Below are positions 1-10,229 of a stretch of 64,000 bases of DNA, piece by piece. Where the stretch lies: positions 3,816 to 67,815 of the forward strand of contig JALFDW010000035.1 in NCBI GenBank assembly GCA_022778545.1, in the 5' to 3' direction. Source of the stretch: a bacterium (GTDB lineage: Bacteria > Bacillota > Clostridia > Christensenellales > CAG-138). The notes under the pieces were generated by a model. That model worked only from the letters and a program-made list of their open reading frames with translations, had not been told where the DNA came from and made no database searches. Numbering within the stretch: position 1 is the first letter of the stretch; each line of letters opens with the position of its first letter. A program made the translations under genes and the position numbers.

Positions 1-1109
1 TTCATCGTGTCGGCATGATCCTCGCGCGTCTTACCCTTTCCGATGCCCTTATCCTTCAGACGGGACAGGGACGGCAGAACGTTGATCGGCGGCGTGATGC
101 CCTTGCGGTGCAGTTCGCGGGAAAGGATGATCTGCCCCTCGGTGATGTAACCGGTCAGGTCCGGAATCGGGTGGGTGATGTCATCCTCCGGCATGGAGAG
201 GATCGGGATCATCGTGATGGAACCGCTGTTGTCCCGGATGCGGCCCGCGCGCTCATACATCGTCGCAAGGTCGGTGTAGAGGTAGCCGGGGTAACCGCGG
301 CGGCCGGGAACTTCCTTGCGCGCGGCGGAAACCTCGCGCAGCGCCTCAGCGTAGTTGGTGATGTCCGTGATGATGACGAGCACGTGCATGCCAAGGTCAT
401 AGGCAAGGTACTCCGCGGCGGTGATCGCCATGCGCGGCGTTGCGATACGCTCGATGGCCGGGTCGTTTGCAAGGTTCACGAACGTGACCGTGCGGTCGAT
501 CGCGCCGGTGGCACGGAAATCGCTGATGAAGAAGTCCGCTTCTTCAAACGTGATGCCGACCGCGGCGAACACGACGGCGAAGCTTTCATCCTTGCCGCGC
601 ACGCGCGCCTGGCGGGCGATCTGCGCCGCAAGCTGGGCATGCGGCAGGCCGGAGCCGGAGAACACGGGCAGCTTCTGGCCGCGCACGAGCGTGTTCAGGC
701 CGTCGATAGCCGAAATGCCCGTCTGAATGAACTCGGAGGGGTAGTCGCGCGCAGCGGGGTTCATCGGGTTGCCGTTGATGTCGAGCCGCTTCTCCGGAAT
801 CAGCGCGGGGCCGCCGTCCTTCGGGCGTCCCATGCCGTCAAACACGCGGCCGAGCATGTCGGGCGCTACAGCCAGCTCGATGGAGCGGCCAAGGAAGCGT
901 GCCTTGGAATCGGAGATCCGAAGCCCCTGCGAACCCTCAAAGAGCTGCAGAAGCGCGCGGTCGCCATTGACCTCCAGCACGCGGCCGTGGCGGATCTCAC
1001 CGTTCTTCTGCTCGATCTCCACCAGCTCATCGTACTTGACGCCTTCCACATGCTCCACCATCATCAGCGGGCCTGCAACTTCCTGAATCGTGCGGTATTC
1101 CTTACGCAT
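1..1109 (-). CDS. ntpB: V-type ATP synthase subunit B (partial; 3' end beyond left window edge)
   Basis: Not in the ORF track because it has no stop inside the window. My translation of the minus strand from ATG 1109 gives [34 protein letters not shown]..., a V/A-ATPase B-type N-terminus. The ATG lies 2 nt upstream of the subunit A stop (1102-1104), so the two ORFs overlap by 8 nt. The 15..1151 + ORF is its antisense shadow. Confidence 0.9.
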   Translation of the reverse strand, partial: MRKEYRTIQEVAGPLMMVEHVEGVKYDELVEIEQKNGEIRHGRVLEVNGDRALLQLFEGSQGLRISDSKARFLGRSIELAVAPDMLGRVFDGMGRPKDGGPALIPEKRLDINGNPMNPAARDYPSEFIQTGISAIDGLNTLVRGQKLPVFSGSGLPHAQLAAQIARQARVRGKDESFAVVFAAVGITFEEADFFISDFRATGAIDRTVTFVNLANDPAIERIATPRMAITAAEYLAYDLGMHVLVIITDITNYAEALREVSAARKEVPGRRGYPGYLYTDLATMYERAGRIRDNSGSITMIPILSMPEDDITHPIPDLTGYITEGQIILSRELHRKGITPPINVLPSLSRLKDKGIGKGKTREDHADTM

Positions 1110-2877
1110 CCTCGTTTCCTCCTTCGATCAGCGTGCGGATCTCGGCATTGAGCTCCTCCATGGCCGCCGCATAACGCGCCTCGCACTCGGCTTCCGGCAC
1201 ATACTTGAAGCGGCCGATCGCCTCGCGGACGGGCAGCGCGGCAAGCTTTGCGAACGATGCGTCCGCCTCAAGCGCTTCAACGCCCTTGTTGTAATAAGTA
1301 AGGATCAGCTTGAGCAGCATCTGCTGCTTCTTCGGCGAGGTATAGGTATCCACTTCATGGAACGCGTTCTGGTGGAGATAGTCCTCGCGGATGGAGCGGG
1401 CAGCCTCAAGGGTGAGCCTGTCGCGGAAGGACAGCGCATCGATACCAACAAGGCGCACGATCTCTTCAAGTTCGCTCTCCTCCTGCAGAAGGTTCATCGT
1501 CTCCTGCACCATTTCGGCCCAATCCTCGCTCACGTTCTCGTTGAACCAGCCTTCAAGCCTGTCGAGATACAGCGAATAGCTCTGCAGCCAGTCGATCGCC
1601 GGGAAATGGCGCGCATAGGCGAGCTTGCTCGAAAGGCCCCAGAACACCTTCACGGTGCGCAGCGTTGCCTGCGAAACAGGCTCGGAAATATCGCCGCCCG
1701 GAGGGGAGACGGCGCCGATGGCCGTGACCGCACCGGTGCGCCCTTCGGAGCCAAGCGCCACAACGACGCCCGCGCGCTCGTAGAACTCTGCAAGGCGGCT
1801 GCCCAGATATGCCGGGTAGCCTTCTTCACCGGGCATTTCCTCGAGGCGGCCGGACATTTCGCGCAGCGCCTCCGCCCAGCGGGAGGTGGAGTCCGCCATG
1901 ATGGCGACCTTGTAGCCCATGTCACGGAAGTATTCCGCAATGGTGATGCCGGTGTAAATGGAAGCCTCACGCGCCGCAACGGGCATGTCGGAGGTGTTGG
2001 CAATGAGCACCGTGCGCTTCATCAGCGAGAGGCCGGTGCGCGGGTCGCGGAGCTCCGGGAATTCCATGAGAACGTCCGTCATCTCGTTGCCGCGTTCGCC
2101 GCAGCCGACGTAAACGATGATGTCCGCATCCGCCCACTTGGCGAGCTGGTGCTGCACGACCGTCTTGCCGCTGCCAAATGGGCCGGGAACCGCTGCCACG
2201 CCGCCCTTGGCGACGGGGAAGAGCGTATCGATGACGCGCTGGCCGGTGATCATCGGCTCAGTCGGCGCAAGCTTTTGCTGATAGGGACGGCCGCGGCGGA
2301 CAGGCCACTTCTGCAGCATGGGCACTTCCACCTCGCCGTTTTCGCCCGCGATGCGGGCAATGGGCGTCACGATGTTCGCTTCGCCCTCGAAGATCCACGT
2401 CAGCTTGCCGGAAATGCCATAGGGCACCATCACGCGGTGCTCGACGGCCTCGGTCTCCTGCACGGTGCCGAGGATGTCGCCGGGAACGAGCTCGTCCCCG
2501 ACCTTTGCCACGGGTTTGAACGCCCAAAGGCGCTCATGGTCAAGCGCATCCACAACGATGCCGCGGGTGATGCGGTCGCCCGCCTGCTGGCGGATGACGT
2601 TCAGCGGGCGCTGGATGCCGTCGTAAATGGATTCGATGAGGCCCGGCGCAAGCTCCACGGAAAGCGGCGCGCCGGTGGATTCCACGGGCTCGCCGGGGCC
2701 GATGCCGCCGGTCTCTTCATAAACCTGGATGGACGCGCGGTCGCCGCGCAGCTCGATGACCTCGCCGATGAGCTTCTTCTCTGAAACGCGCACCACGTCG
2801 TACATCTGCACATCCGCCATGCCGTTTGCGACGATCAGGGGGCCGGAGACCTTAACGATCGTACCTTTCTCTGCCAT
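1102..2877 (-). CDS. ntpA: V-type ATP synthase catalytic subunit A
   Basis: ORF 1102..3039 trimmed to ATG 2877 ([19 protein letters not shown]...). Walker [18 protein letters not shown], about 590 aa. Confidence 0.95.
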   Translation of the reverse strand: MAEKGTIVKVSGPLIVANGMADVQMYDVVRVSEKKLIGEVIELRGDRASIQVYEETGGIGPGEPVESTGAPLSVELAPGLIESIYDGIQRPLNVIRQQAGDRITRGIVVDALDHERLWAFKPVAKVGDELVPGDILGTVQETEAVEHRVMVPYGISGKLTWIFEGEANIVTPIARIAGENGEVEVPMLQKWPVRRGRPYQQKLAPTEPMITGQRVIDTLFPVAKGGVAAVPGPFGSGKTVVQHQLAKWADADIIVYVGCGERGNEMTDVLMEFPELRDPRTGLSLMKRTVLIANTSDMPVAAREASIYTGITIAEYFRDMGYKVAIMADSTSRWAEALREMSGRLEEMPGEEGYPAYLGSRLAEFYERAGVVVALGSEGRTGAVTAIGAVSPPGGDISEPVSQATLRTVKVFWGLSSKLAYARHFPAIDWLQSYSLYLDRLEGWFNENVSEDWAEMVQETMNLLQEESELEEIVRLVGIDALSFRDRLTLEAARSIREDYLHQNAFHEVDTYTSPKKQQMLLKLILTYYNKGVEALEADASFAKLAALPVREAIGRFKYVPEAECEARYAAAMEELNAEIRTLIEGGNEDA

Positions 2878-2878
2878 A

Positions 2879-3211
2879 TTACTCCTCCGAAAATAGAATG
2901 TCCGCGCCGATCGCCTTCTCGACATTGGACTTGATCTGTGCCATCGCAACGCCCGAGCTCCCCTTGGAATCCGGGATCGGGATGATGGCCGGGAACGATT
3001 CATAGCGGTATTTGGAAACCGCCTCGCCGCATGCGGCATAGACGGGCTCGGTGAGGAAGATCACCTTGCAGCCCTCCCGCGCCAGGCGGTGAATGAGCTT
3101 TGAAGCCTTGTCCGCGTCCGTTTCATCGAACACGGCAAGCCCCGCAGCCTTTGCAAGAAGCACGCTGTCGCGATCGCCGATCATGGCGATCTCAGCCTGT
3201 TTATTCGCCAT
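2879..3211 (-). CDS. ntpG: V-type ATP synthase subunit F
   Basis: 110 aa, [25 protein letters not shown]...; F-subunit size and motif; sits directly upstream of subunit A as in ntp operons. Confidence 0.85.
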   Translation of the reverse strand: MANKQAEIAMIGDRDSVLLAKAAGLAVFDETDADKASKLIHRLAREGCKVIFLTEPVYAACGEAVSKYRYESFPAIIPIPDSKGSSGVAMAQIKSNVEKAIGADILFSEE

Positions 3212-4190
3212 AAAGCACGCGCATCCTTTCTGTGATGATGGATTCGGGCAGGCCGTTACGCTTTGCCGTCAGAATGAGCCGGATGCAGCGCGCCTCCTGC
3301 TCGCGGGCAAGGAGATACCCCACAATGGGGGCAACGGTATCCTGATCGAACCGGCCTTGTTCCGCCAGGCGGATGAGATAATTGTCCCGCGCGCGTTCCA
3401 CAGCCTGAGGGCCGCTCTGCTGTGCCGCTTCCACGGCACGGCGCAGCACCTCGCCCGCAGGGCCCTGCTCCAGAGCCTTGCCGAGTTGATCCGCAGGCAG
3501 GGAAGCCGCCTTCAGGAACGTTTTCTCCGGGATATTGCCCGCCGGCATGAGCGCCGCAGCAAGCCGCTCCTCGGAGGCTCCCATCGCGCCGAGGCGCAGG
3601 AGCGCAAGCGCGTTCTCGAAATCGGCCTTCGCCTTAAAATACGCAACGGCAAACGCGTTTTTGCTCGCGTAGCCCATGCGGAAATACGCGCCGTCCAACG
3701 CCGCGCTCACGCGCACAGGGTCTGCCGCCTCGTGGGAAAACGCTTCATCAAGCCCGCGGAGCGCTTCCGCAAGCGGAGCCGGAAGGGCTTCATAATCCGC
3801 CTCGCGCACCATGCGCGCAAGCGCAGCCGGATCGAACGCACCGCCCTGCATCAGAGCCGGGCCGGCATCGCCGCCGCCCAGAAGGCGCAGCTTGTAGAGT
3901 GCCTTCAGGTTGTGTACATCCGCCTGCATCAGGAAAAGCTCCGTCAGCGCAGGCTCCGGCGAAACCTCCCGCACGAGCGCATAGGTACGCGCAAGCTCGG
4001 CCGCGATGAGCGCTTCCACATCCGCGGTGCCTTCGCCGGCAGCAGCGCCGCCATAGCCCGCGCCCGTAAGCACCTGCATCGCTTCCTCCGCCGTGCCCGC
4101 GATCATACGCGCCATGCGTTCGCGCCCAATGAGCCCGTTCTCGTGGCAGCGGATGCGCGCAACCGCATAGAGTGCGTTATCTTGTGCCAT
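3201..4190 (-). CDS. ntpC: V-type ATP synthase subunit C (d-like)
   Basis: 329 aa helical protein between the E and F subunit genes; canonical operon position; overlaps the F start. Confidence 0.8.
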   Translation of the reverse strand: MAQDNALYAVARIRCHENGLIGRERMARMIAGTAEEAMQVLTGAGYGGAAAGEGTADVEALIAAELARTYALVREVSPEPALTELFLMQADVHNLKALYKLRLLGGGDAGPALMQGGAFDPAALARMVREADYEALPAPLAEALRGLDEAFSHEAADPVRVSAALDGAYFRMGYASKNAFAVAYFKAKADFENALALLRLGAMGASEERLAAALMPAGNIPEKTFLKAASLPADQLGKALEQGPAGEVLRRAVEAAQQSGPQAVERARDNYLIRLAEQGRFDQDTVAPIVGYLLAREQEARCIRLILTAKRNGLPESIITERMRVLYGE

Positions 4191-4214
4191 GTTTCACCCT
4201 ACTTTCCGGGCGAA

Positions 4215-4817
4215 TCAGCCAAACAGCCGCTTCGCCACGCCACCTTCGAGCCTGTCGCGCGCTTCGCGCAGCATCGCCTCAAAGGAGCAGTCCTTTTCAT
4301 ATCCGCGGCCGACGAGCGTAAACCCGCCCGCAATGGATTCGTCCACAGCGCCGAGCGTGAGCGCAGCGCGGCCGTTTTCAGCCAGCTTCGCGTTCACCTT
4401 CTGCAGCACGGCCTTCATGCCCGCTTCGTCCGCCTTTGCGGGGCAAAGCGTTTCGCCGCCGTCCGCCTCTGCCGCCGCCATCGAAAGCAGCAGCGCTGCA
4501 CGCGCTTCGCCCTCCATGGCGCAAAGCTCCTTGAGCGCGGCCGCAAACGCCTCGTCCAGCACCATCCGGCGGGACGCAAGCGCCTGTTTGCGCGCTTCGA
4601 GCTGCGCGGCAGTCTCGGCGTGCTCAATGGCCTCATCATGCGCAGCTTTTGCGCGGGCCGAAGCCTCGGCCGCGATCGCCGCAGCCTCCTGCCCGGCACG
4701 CGCGTGGATCTCCTCCGCCTGCGCTGAAGCCTGCGCTCCGATTTTCGCGGCCTCGCCGCGCGCATCATCCAGAATGCGCGCGAGCAGCTTATCCGCGTTG
4801 TTGATCCCGTTTGCCAT
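4215..4817 (-). CDS. ntpE: V-type ATP synthase subunit E
   Basis: 200 aa with an Ala/Glu/Arg-rich N-terminal coiled coil and a globular C-terminus; lies between the K and C genes. Confidence 0.8.
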   Translation of the reverse strand: MANGINNADKLLARILDDARGEAAKIGAQASAQAEEIHARAGQEAAAIAAEASARAKAAHDEAIEHAETAAQLEARKQALASRRMVLDEAFAAALKELCAMEGEARAALLLSMAAAEADGGETLCPAKADEAGMKAVLQKVNAKLAENGRAALTLGAVDESIAGGFTLVGRGYEKDCSFEAMLREARDRLEGGVAKRLFG

Positions 4818-4832
4818 CAGCTGCCTCCCGCA

Positions 4833-5342
4833 TTACGCGAACAGCACGAGGAACACGGAGATGATCAGCGAAAGCAGAGCGTACGTTTCCACCATGAGGG
4901 TGAACATCATCGCGTTACCGAAGCCATCCGGACGCTTTGCCAGCATGTGGATGCCGCTGACCGCGACCTTGGACTGGTGCAGCGCGGAAAGAAGACCGCC
5001 AAACGCGATGGGCAGGCTCGCCGCAAAGTAGGAAAGACCCTTTTCAAGCGTAAGCGCGGAGGTGTCGCCGCCGAGCACGCCGGAGAAGATGAGGATCAGG
5101 ATCGCCACAGCGAAGCCGTAGATGCCCTGGGAACCCGGGAGCAGCTGGAGAACCATGCAGTTACCGAAGCGATCGGGCTGCTCGGCAACAACGCCCGCAG
5201 CCGCCTGGCCGGCTTTTCCGACGCCGATGGCCGAGCCGATGCCCGCGAGGACCGCGGCGAACGCGACGCCAAGCATGGTGAAGATGATGCCCCAATCGTT
5301 CGGGGTAAGGGACGCGAAGATGCTCTGAGATTCGGTTGGCAT
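4833..5342 (-). CDS. ntpK: V-type ATP synthase subunit K (proteolipid)
   Basis: 169 aa, four hydrophobic helices, duplicated GxGxGxAG-type glycine motifs (GSAIGVGKAGQAAAG). Confidence 0.9.
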   Translation of the reverse strand: MPTESQSIFASLTPNDWGIIFTMLGVAFAAVLAGIGSAIGVGKAGQAAAGVVAEQPDRFGNCMVLQLLPGSQGIYGFAVAILILIFSGVLGGDTSALTLEKGLSYFAASLPIAFGGLLSALHQSKVAVSGIHMLAKRPDGFGNAMMFTLMVETYALLSLIISVFLVLFA

Positions 5343-5405
5343 AGTTAAATTCCTCCTGAATTTAATTGTAAATCATTTTGTTATGTGCAGGATCCGGGAT
5401 TCGGA

Positions 5406-7310
5406 TCACTTGTCACGCAGGATCACGTTGCGCGTGTTGAAACGAAGAGGCTTGAATTCATGCCCGTCCGCCTCATAGAACTTGCCGAAGAATTCGATGA
5501 ACTGGAGCCTCGCGCAGTGCGCATAGGCGCCAAGCGTATTGATGAACAGGCTGAACACATGGAGCACAAGGAGAACCGCGCCCGCAAGGATGCAGCCGAG
5601 GATCGCGCCGACGACGCCGAGGCCGCCGAACGCATCGTACACCATGCCGCCGATGAGGTTGAACACCATGCCCATCGCGCCGGAAACGAGGCCGAGTGCA
5701 AAGATACGCACATAGGACAGGATGTCCGAAAGGTAGCCGGTGATGTTATACAACGCGCCAAGGCCGGAGCCGATGCGCATGAAGGGGTTCTTTTTGGAAC
5801 GACCGGAGAACAGCAACAGCATGCCGCCGCCAAGCGCCGTGAGCACGATGGCCACCGTTTTAAGCGCCGGCACTGCGAAGAGCAGGATGAGCCCCGTGAG
5901 CAGCAGGATCCAGGAAAGCTGATCGAAGATCGCGCTTTGCGGATCGCCGTCGCGGAAGCACATGTACATCTTCACGATGATGCCGGTGAACATGTGCACA
6001 AGGCCGAGCCCGCAGCTTAAGAGCATCATGGGCATAACGTCCACCATCGGGTCAAACAGAAGCGGGAAGATGTCCGTGTGGAAGATGTCGTTCCAGGCCA
6101 GGCCGAAGAATGTGCCGATGAACGGGCCGCAGATGAGCGCCGAAAGCCCGCCGAAGGTGATGACCCGCGCAAGCTTTGCCATGCCGCCCTGCGGTTTCAT
6201 GAATTTTGAGAACAGAAGCCCGCCGATGAACAGCGCAAGGCCGTACCCGGAATCGGAAAGCATCATGCCGAAGAACAGGAAATAGAACGGCGCCATCACC
6301 GCCGTTGCGTCCACGCCGCGGTAAGAGGGATAGGCATACATCGTGACGATGGATTCAAACGGTTCGATGAGCTTTTTGTTCTTCATCGCGGAAGGCGGCG
6401 TTTCCTCCTCGAGCGGATCGCGCGTTTCAAAGCTGAACACCTCCGCCGCGCCGGCAACGGCATTCTGCGCCTTCTCTTCTTCATCCGCGCGCACCCAGCC
6501 TTCCAGAATGAAGGCCGCGTTGGTCTTTTCCACGGCAGCCATGGAAAGCGCACGGTCGCGCTCGATCGTCGCGGCATCAAGCCCTTCAAGAAGCAGGCTG
6601 CGCCGTTTTGCAACCGCTTCAAGCGCGGCTACGGTCTCCGCCTCCTGCTCGCGCAGGGAAGCGATCTCCGCCTGGCGTGCGCGGATGTTTTCAAGCGGCG
6701 TACCCGTAATGGCCGGGAAGGTGAATTCCGCAAAGTCCAGCTCCTTGAGCACGCGCTGCATCTCCTCCGCTTCGGAAGCGGAAGCAGCCACAAGCACCGC
6801 AGCTTCCCGCGCGCCGGGGAACGCCTCCACGGCAAAGCCGGCTTCCTCCAGCTGTTCCACTGCGCCAAGGGGCAGGAAGCCCACAGCGTAGCGCACGTTG
6901 CGCGTCGCATGGATCATTTCGATGGGCGCGTCAAACTGCCGCCACGGCAGCAGCGTTTCGATCATGCTCTCGTTTCTGTCGATCTCCGCACGCACGGCGG
7001 CAAGCGCCTTGTCCAGCTCTTCCGTGCGCTCGAGTAGCTCCGCCGCCTCCGGCACGGAAGCGAACAGCTCCTCCGCGCTCATCTCGGGTTTCGGGCCCAT
7101 GGGCGGCTTTTCGCCGTACCGCTTCAGCAGCTGCGCCGCGCTTTCAAGGCGCTGTACCTCCGCAAGGAGATGCTCGTCCACTGCTTTTTCGTCCGTAACG
7201 TCCGCGCGGGAGATCACCTCGACTGTTCCGGCGCGCTGCAGCGCACGCAGGATGGCTTCCTCATCCGCCTTGAGCGCGACAAGGGTGAGCCGTTTCATTG
7301 GTACGATCAT
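5406..7310 (-). CDS. ntpI: V-type ATP synthase subunit I
   Basis: 634 aa; N-terminal soluble coiled-coil half plus multi-TM C-terminal half; lies upstream of K. Confidence 0.9.
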   Translation of the reverse strand: MIVPMKRLTLVALKADEEAILRALQRAGTVEVISRADVTDEKAVDEHLLAEVQRLESAAQLLKRYGEKPPMGPKPEMSAEELFASVPEAAELLERTEELDKALAAVRAEIDRNESMIETLLPWRQFDAPIEMIHATRNVRYAVGFLPLGAVEQLEEAGFAVEAFPGAREAAVLVAASASEAEEMQRVLKELDFAEFTFPAITGTPLENIRARQAEIASLREQEAETVAALEAVAKRRSLLLEGLDAATIERDRALSMAAVEKTNAAFILEGWVRADEEEKAQNAVAGAAEVFSFETRDPLEEETPPSAMKNKKLIEPFESIVTMYAYPSYRGVDATAVMAPFYFLFFGMMLSDSGYGLALFIGGLLFSKFMKPQGGMAKLARVITFGGLSALICGPFIGTFFGLAWNDIFHTDIFPLLFDPMVDVMPMMLLSCGLGLVHMFTGIIVKMYMCFRDGDPQSAIFDQLSWILLLTGLILLFAVPALKTVAIVLTALGGGMLLLFSGRSKKNPFMRIGSGLGALYNITGYLSDILSYVRIFALGLVSGAMGMVFNLIGGMVYDAFGGLGVVGAILGCILAGAVLLVLHVFSLFINTLGAYAHCARLQFIEFFGKFYEADGHEFKPLRFNTRNVILRDK

Positions 7311-7606
7311 TTTGTTACCTCGCTGAGAATATATGCCGCCGCATCCGGAATGCGCGCTCTTGCCGCCTCGCTTGAAGCTTCCGCGGCCGCCTCGCCTTCC
7401 GCGCGGATGCGCTGCATGCGTGCCTCGCCCTCCTGCCGGTCAGCCTCGGCGCCTGCACGCAGCATTTCCCGGGCGTTCTCCCGGGCGGCTGCCACGATTT
7501 CGCCGGCTTCCCGCTCCGCTTCCGCCACCGCCGTGCGCGCGTTTTCCGTCGCCTCCCGCACGATCTTCGCGGCTTCCGCCTCCGTTGCAGCTACCCTTTC
7601 GATCAT
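7307..7606 (-). CDS. ntpF: V-type ATP synthase subunit G/H-like (peripheral stalk)
   Basis: About 100 aa Ala/Glu/Arg coiled coil, first gene of the operon. Start is ambiguous: ATG 7606, or in-frame TTG 7615 lying 9 nt after the RBS GGAGGAGG. The track start at 7639 is a TTG. Confidence 0.65.
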   Translation of the reverse strand: MIERVAATEAEAAKIVREATENARTAVAEAEREAGEIVAAARENAREMLRAGAEADRQEGEARMQRIRAEGEAAAEASSEAARARIPDAAAYILSEVTK

Positions 7607-7746
7607 GGATGCCAAACTGCAACACCTCCTCCCAATCAAATTAGTTAGATTTAATCAGATGCGCATAAAATGCACTTATCCCTCCGCCTGGCGCATGCGT
7701 CATACGATGGGTTTTTCCAAAAAACCAAAAGTCTCCGATTATCAGT

Positions 7747-7776
7747 ATTATATCCTCTTTATCCCAAAAAAGGCAA
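7747..7776 (-). promoter_or_regulatory. Putative sigma-A promoter of the V-ATPase operon
   Basis: Minus strand reads TTGCCT - 18 nt - TATAAT (perfect -10) in the AT-rich gap upstream of ntpF. Confidence 0.45.
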
Positions 7777-7842
7777 GGTTTTATGCCTATTTTTCTGTGT
7801 TTTTATTTTATCGGCTTTGTGAAATAAGTATGCTGTTTGTTC

Positions 7843-7887
7843 AAAAAAAAGCAGGGGGGAAGCCCGAAAAGCTCCTCCCTGCTTTTT
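7843..7887 (-). terminator. Rho-independent terminator after upp (bidirectional shape)
   Basis: GCAGGGGGGA...TCCTCCCTGC stem flanked by A8 on the left and T5 on the right; on the minus strand the hairpin is followed by T8. Confidence 0.75.
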
Positions 7888-7916
7888 ACCGGTTTCTGCA
7901 AACTTATGCAATGGTT

Positions 7917-8546
7917 TTATTTTGTTCCGAACAGGCGGTCGCCCGCATCGCCGAGGCCGGGGACGATATAGCCGTGATCGTTGAGATATTCGTCCACATG
8001 CGCGACATAAATGTCAACGTCCGGGTGCGCCTCCTGAACGGCTTTCACACCCTCCGGCGCCGCGATCAGGCACACGAGCTTCACACGCTTGCAGCCGGCA
8101 CGCTTTACAACGTTGATGCCTTCCACCGCAGAGCCGCCCGTTGCGAGCATCGGGTCAACGACGATGATGTCGCGCTCGCTTACATCCGGCGGGAGCTTGC
8201 TGTAATAGTCCACCGGGTTGAGCGTCTGCGGATCGCGGTAAAGGCCGATATGGCCCACTTTTGCCGCCGGGATGAGGCTCAGCATACCATCCACCATGCC
8301 AAGGCCTGCGCGCAGGATCGGCACGATGCCAAGCTTGCGGCCCGCGAGGGTATAGGTCTTCGCCATGGCGACCGGCGTTTCCACCATGGTCTCCTCAAGC
8401 GGAAGGTCACGCGTCGCTTCGTAGGTCAAAAGCATTGCGATCTCCTCCACAAGCTCCCGGAATTCCTTGGAACCCGTATTCTTGTCCCGCAGATGGGAGA
8501 GCTTGTGCTGCACGAGCGGGTGGTCGATCACCGTCAGTTTACTCAT
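7917..8546 (-). CDS. upp: Uracil phosphoribosyltransferase
   Basis: [24 protein letters not shown]..., 209 aa, PRPP-binding loop [11 protein letters not shown]. Confidence 0.95.
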   Translation of the reverse strand: MSKLTVIDHPLVQHKLSHLRDKNTGSKEFRELVEEIAMLLTYEATRDLPLEETMVETPVAMAKTYTLAGRKLGIVPILRAGLGMVDGMLSLIPAAKVGHIGLYRDPQTLNPVDYYSKLPPDVSERDIIVVDPMLATGGSAVEGINVVKRAGCKRVKLVCLIAAPEGVKAVQEAHPDVDIYVAHVDEYLNDHGYIVPGLGDAGDRLFGTK

Positions 8547-8629
8547 AAAAAACTCCTTTCGTATTTACAGCGCGGAATACACGCCTGGTTTTACAGGATA
8601 AAATATAATAGGAACATAAAAAATGAGGC

Positions 8630-9070
8630 TCACGCCTCATATTTTTCGATCTTGCCAATACGGCCGATATGACGGGTGCCCTTGGAGAACTCCGTCGTGA
8701 GCCAGGTGGAAACGATCGCCTTTGCAAGCTCCGTGCCGACAATGCGGCCGCCGAGCGCCAGCATGTTGGAATCGTTGTGCTCACGGGTGAGGCGCGCCAT
8801 GGTCTCATCCGTACAGAGCGCGCAGCGGATGCCGCGCACCTTGTTTGCGCAGATGGAAACGCCGATACCCGTGCCGCATACGACGATGCCGCGCGCAAAC
8901 CGGCCGTCCGCCACAGCCTCCGCAACGGGGAAAGCGATATCCGGATAATCCACGCTCTTTTCATCCGGGCAGCCGAAATCCGTCACCTCAAAGCCGAGCT
9001 TTTCAATGACGGGGATCAATTCCATTTTGAGCGCATAGCCGCCGTGATCCGAGCCGATCGCGATCTTCAT
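8630..9070 (-). CDS. rpiB: Ribose-5-phosphate isomerase B
   Basis: MKIAIGSDHGGYALK..., CGTGIG motif, 146 aa. Confidence 0.95.
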   Translation of the reverse strand: MKIAIGSDHGGYALKMELIPVIEKLGFEVTDFGCPDEKSVDYPDIAFPVAEAVADGRFARGIVVCGTGIGVSICANKVRGIRCALCTDETMARLTREHNDSNMLALGGRIVGTELAKAIVSTWLTTEFSKGTRHIGRIGKIEKYEA

Positions 9071-9095
9071 TCTGTTTCTCCTTTTCCGTTCCGGT

Positions 9096-10136
9096 TCATT
9101 CCGAGATCATATGGAACCCGGCCGCCCGCAGCAGGCGGTTCATGTAGGCAAGCCCCTCCCCCTGCTCCGGCAGCGCCTCGGCAAGGATGGTGTCCACATC
9201 GTCCGAATGCGCGCGCAGCTGCGCAAAGAGGTTCGCGCAGAGGGTCGCCGGTTGTTTCCTGTCGCCTATTATAACACATTGTCGGCCGCTGTAAAGCGCC
9301 CGCGTCTGCTCCGTGGCGAAAATAATGCAGCGTTCGCCCCGCTCCGTGCGCGCGTCATATTCCCGGGCAATGCGGGCGGCGGCCTGCTTTGGCGCGCCCT
9401 CTGCCACGAGCACCTCCGCATCCGGCGCGTAATGGCGGTATTTCATGCCGGGAGAAGCCGCAGTCTCCCCCTCCTTGAGCGGGGCCAGGATGGATGGCGC
9501 AAGCGCGACCGCGCCGATCACCGCCTCAAGCATCTCCTTTGTGACCGCACCCGGGCGCAGGATGGTGGGTTCGCCCACGAGCGAAAGCACCGTGGATTCC
9601 ACGCCGAAGCGGCACGGGCCACCGTCGATGATAAGGTCGATCTTTCCCTCCATATCCTGCCGCACATGCTCCGCCGTGGTGGGGCTCGGCTTGCCGGAGG
9701 TGTTTGCGCTCGGTGCCGCCACGGGCACACCGGCTGCGCGGATGAGCGCGAGCGCCGTTTTGTTGTCCGGCATGCGGACGGCGACGGTCTCGAGCCCTGC
9801 CGTGACCTCATCCGGCACGGCGGAGGAACGGTTGAAGATGAGCGTGAGCGGCCCCGGCCAGAACGCATCCATCAGCGTGCGCGCGGCATCCGGGATACGC
9901 GTCCAAAGCTGTTTCACATCGTTTTTCTTCGCGACATGCAGGATGAGCGGGTTGTCCCCCGGCCTGCCCTTGGCTTCAAAGATGCGGCGGACAGCCGCGC
10001 CGTCAAGCCCGTTCGCACCGAGGCCGTAAACGGTCTCCGTGGGGAAAGCTACAAGGCCCCCCGCCCGCAGGATGCTCCCGCCAAGGCGCGTGCCGTTTTC
10101 CTTTTGCGTTACTGCGTTTGCAAATTGCGTCTGCAT
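9096..10136 (-). CDS. tsaC: L-threonylcarbamoyladenylate synthase (Sua5/YwlC long form)
   Basis: FPTETVYGLGA motif plus a Sua5 C-terminal domain. Trimmed to ATG 10136 (MQTQFANAV...). Confidence 0.9.
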   Translation of the reverse strand: MQTQFANAVTQKENGTRLGGSILRAGGLVAFPTETVYGLGANGLDGAAVRRIFEAKGRPGDNPLILHVAKKNDVKQLWTRIPDAARTLMDAFWPGPLTLIFNRSSAVPDEVTAGLETVAVRMPDNKTALALIRAAGVPVAAPSANTSGKPSPTTAEHVRQDMEGKIDLIIDGGPCRFGVESTVLSLVGEPTILRPGAVTKEMLEAVIGAVALAPSILAPLKEGETAASPGMKYRHYAPDAEVLVAEGAPKQAAARIAREYDARTERGERCIIFATEQTRALYSGRQCVIIGDRKQPATLCANLFAQLRAHSDDVDTILAEALPEQGEGLAYMNRLLRAAGFHMISE

Positions 10137-10194
10137 GGTTTCCCTTCTTTCCTTCATTCCCATTCACAGCAATTGCTTTTTAAGAACCGACAAC

Positions 10195-10229
10195 TGTCCA
10201 TTGTCAATTGTCCATTGTCCATTATCGAT
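10195..10229. repeat. Five tandem heptamers TGTCCAT TGTCAAT TGTCCAT TGTCCAT TATCGAT
   Basis: Read directly in the 65-nt prfA-tsaC spacer. On the mRNA (minus) strand this is 3 x AUGGACA plus AUUGACA. Confidence 0.8.

Noticed and set aside
15-4727. Long plus-strand ORFs 15..1151, 1090..2784 and 3093..4727 (378-564 aa)
   Set aside because: They are antisense to unmistakable V-ATPase B, A, F, C and E genes. Their Arg/Ala/Gly/His-rich, low-complexity translations are the typical stop-poor shadow frames of high-GC DNA.
7170-8672. 500-aa plus-strand ORF spanning the ntpI 5' end, ntpF, the AT-rich intergenic gap and upp
   Set aside because: It crosses a promoter/terminator region and runs antisense to upp. 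The translation has no protein-like segments.
10195-10229. The heptamer repeats, or the 21-bp repeats at 46943..47087, as a CRISPR array or minisatellite
   Set aside because: The units are far too short and contiguous with no spacers, and no cas genes are present. The 21-bp repeats are in-frame coding heptads.
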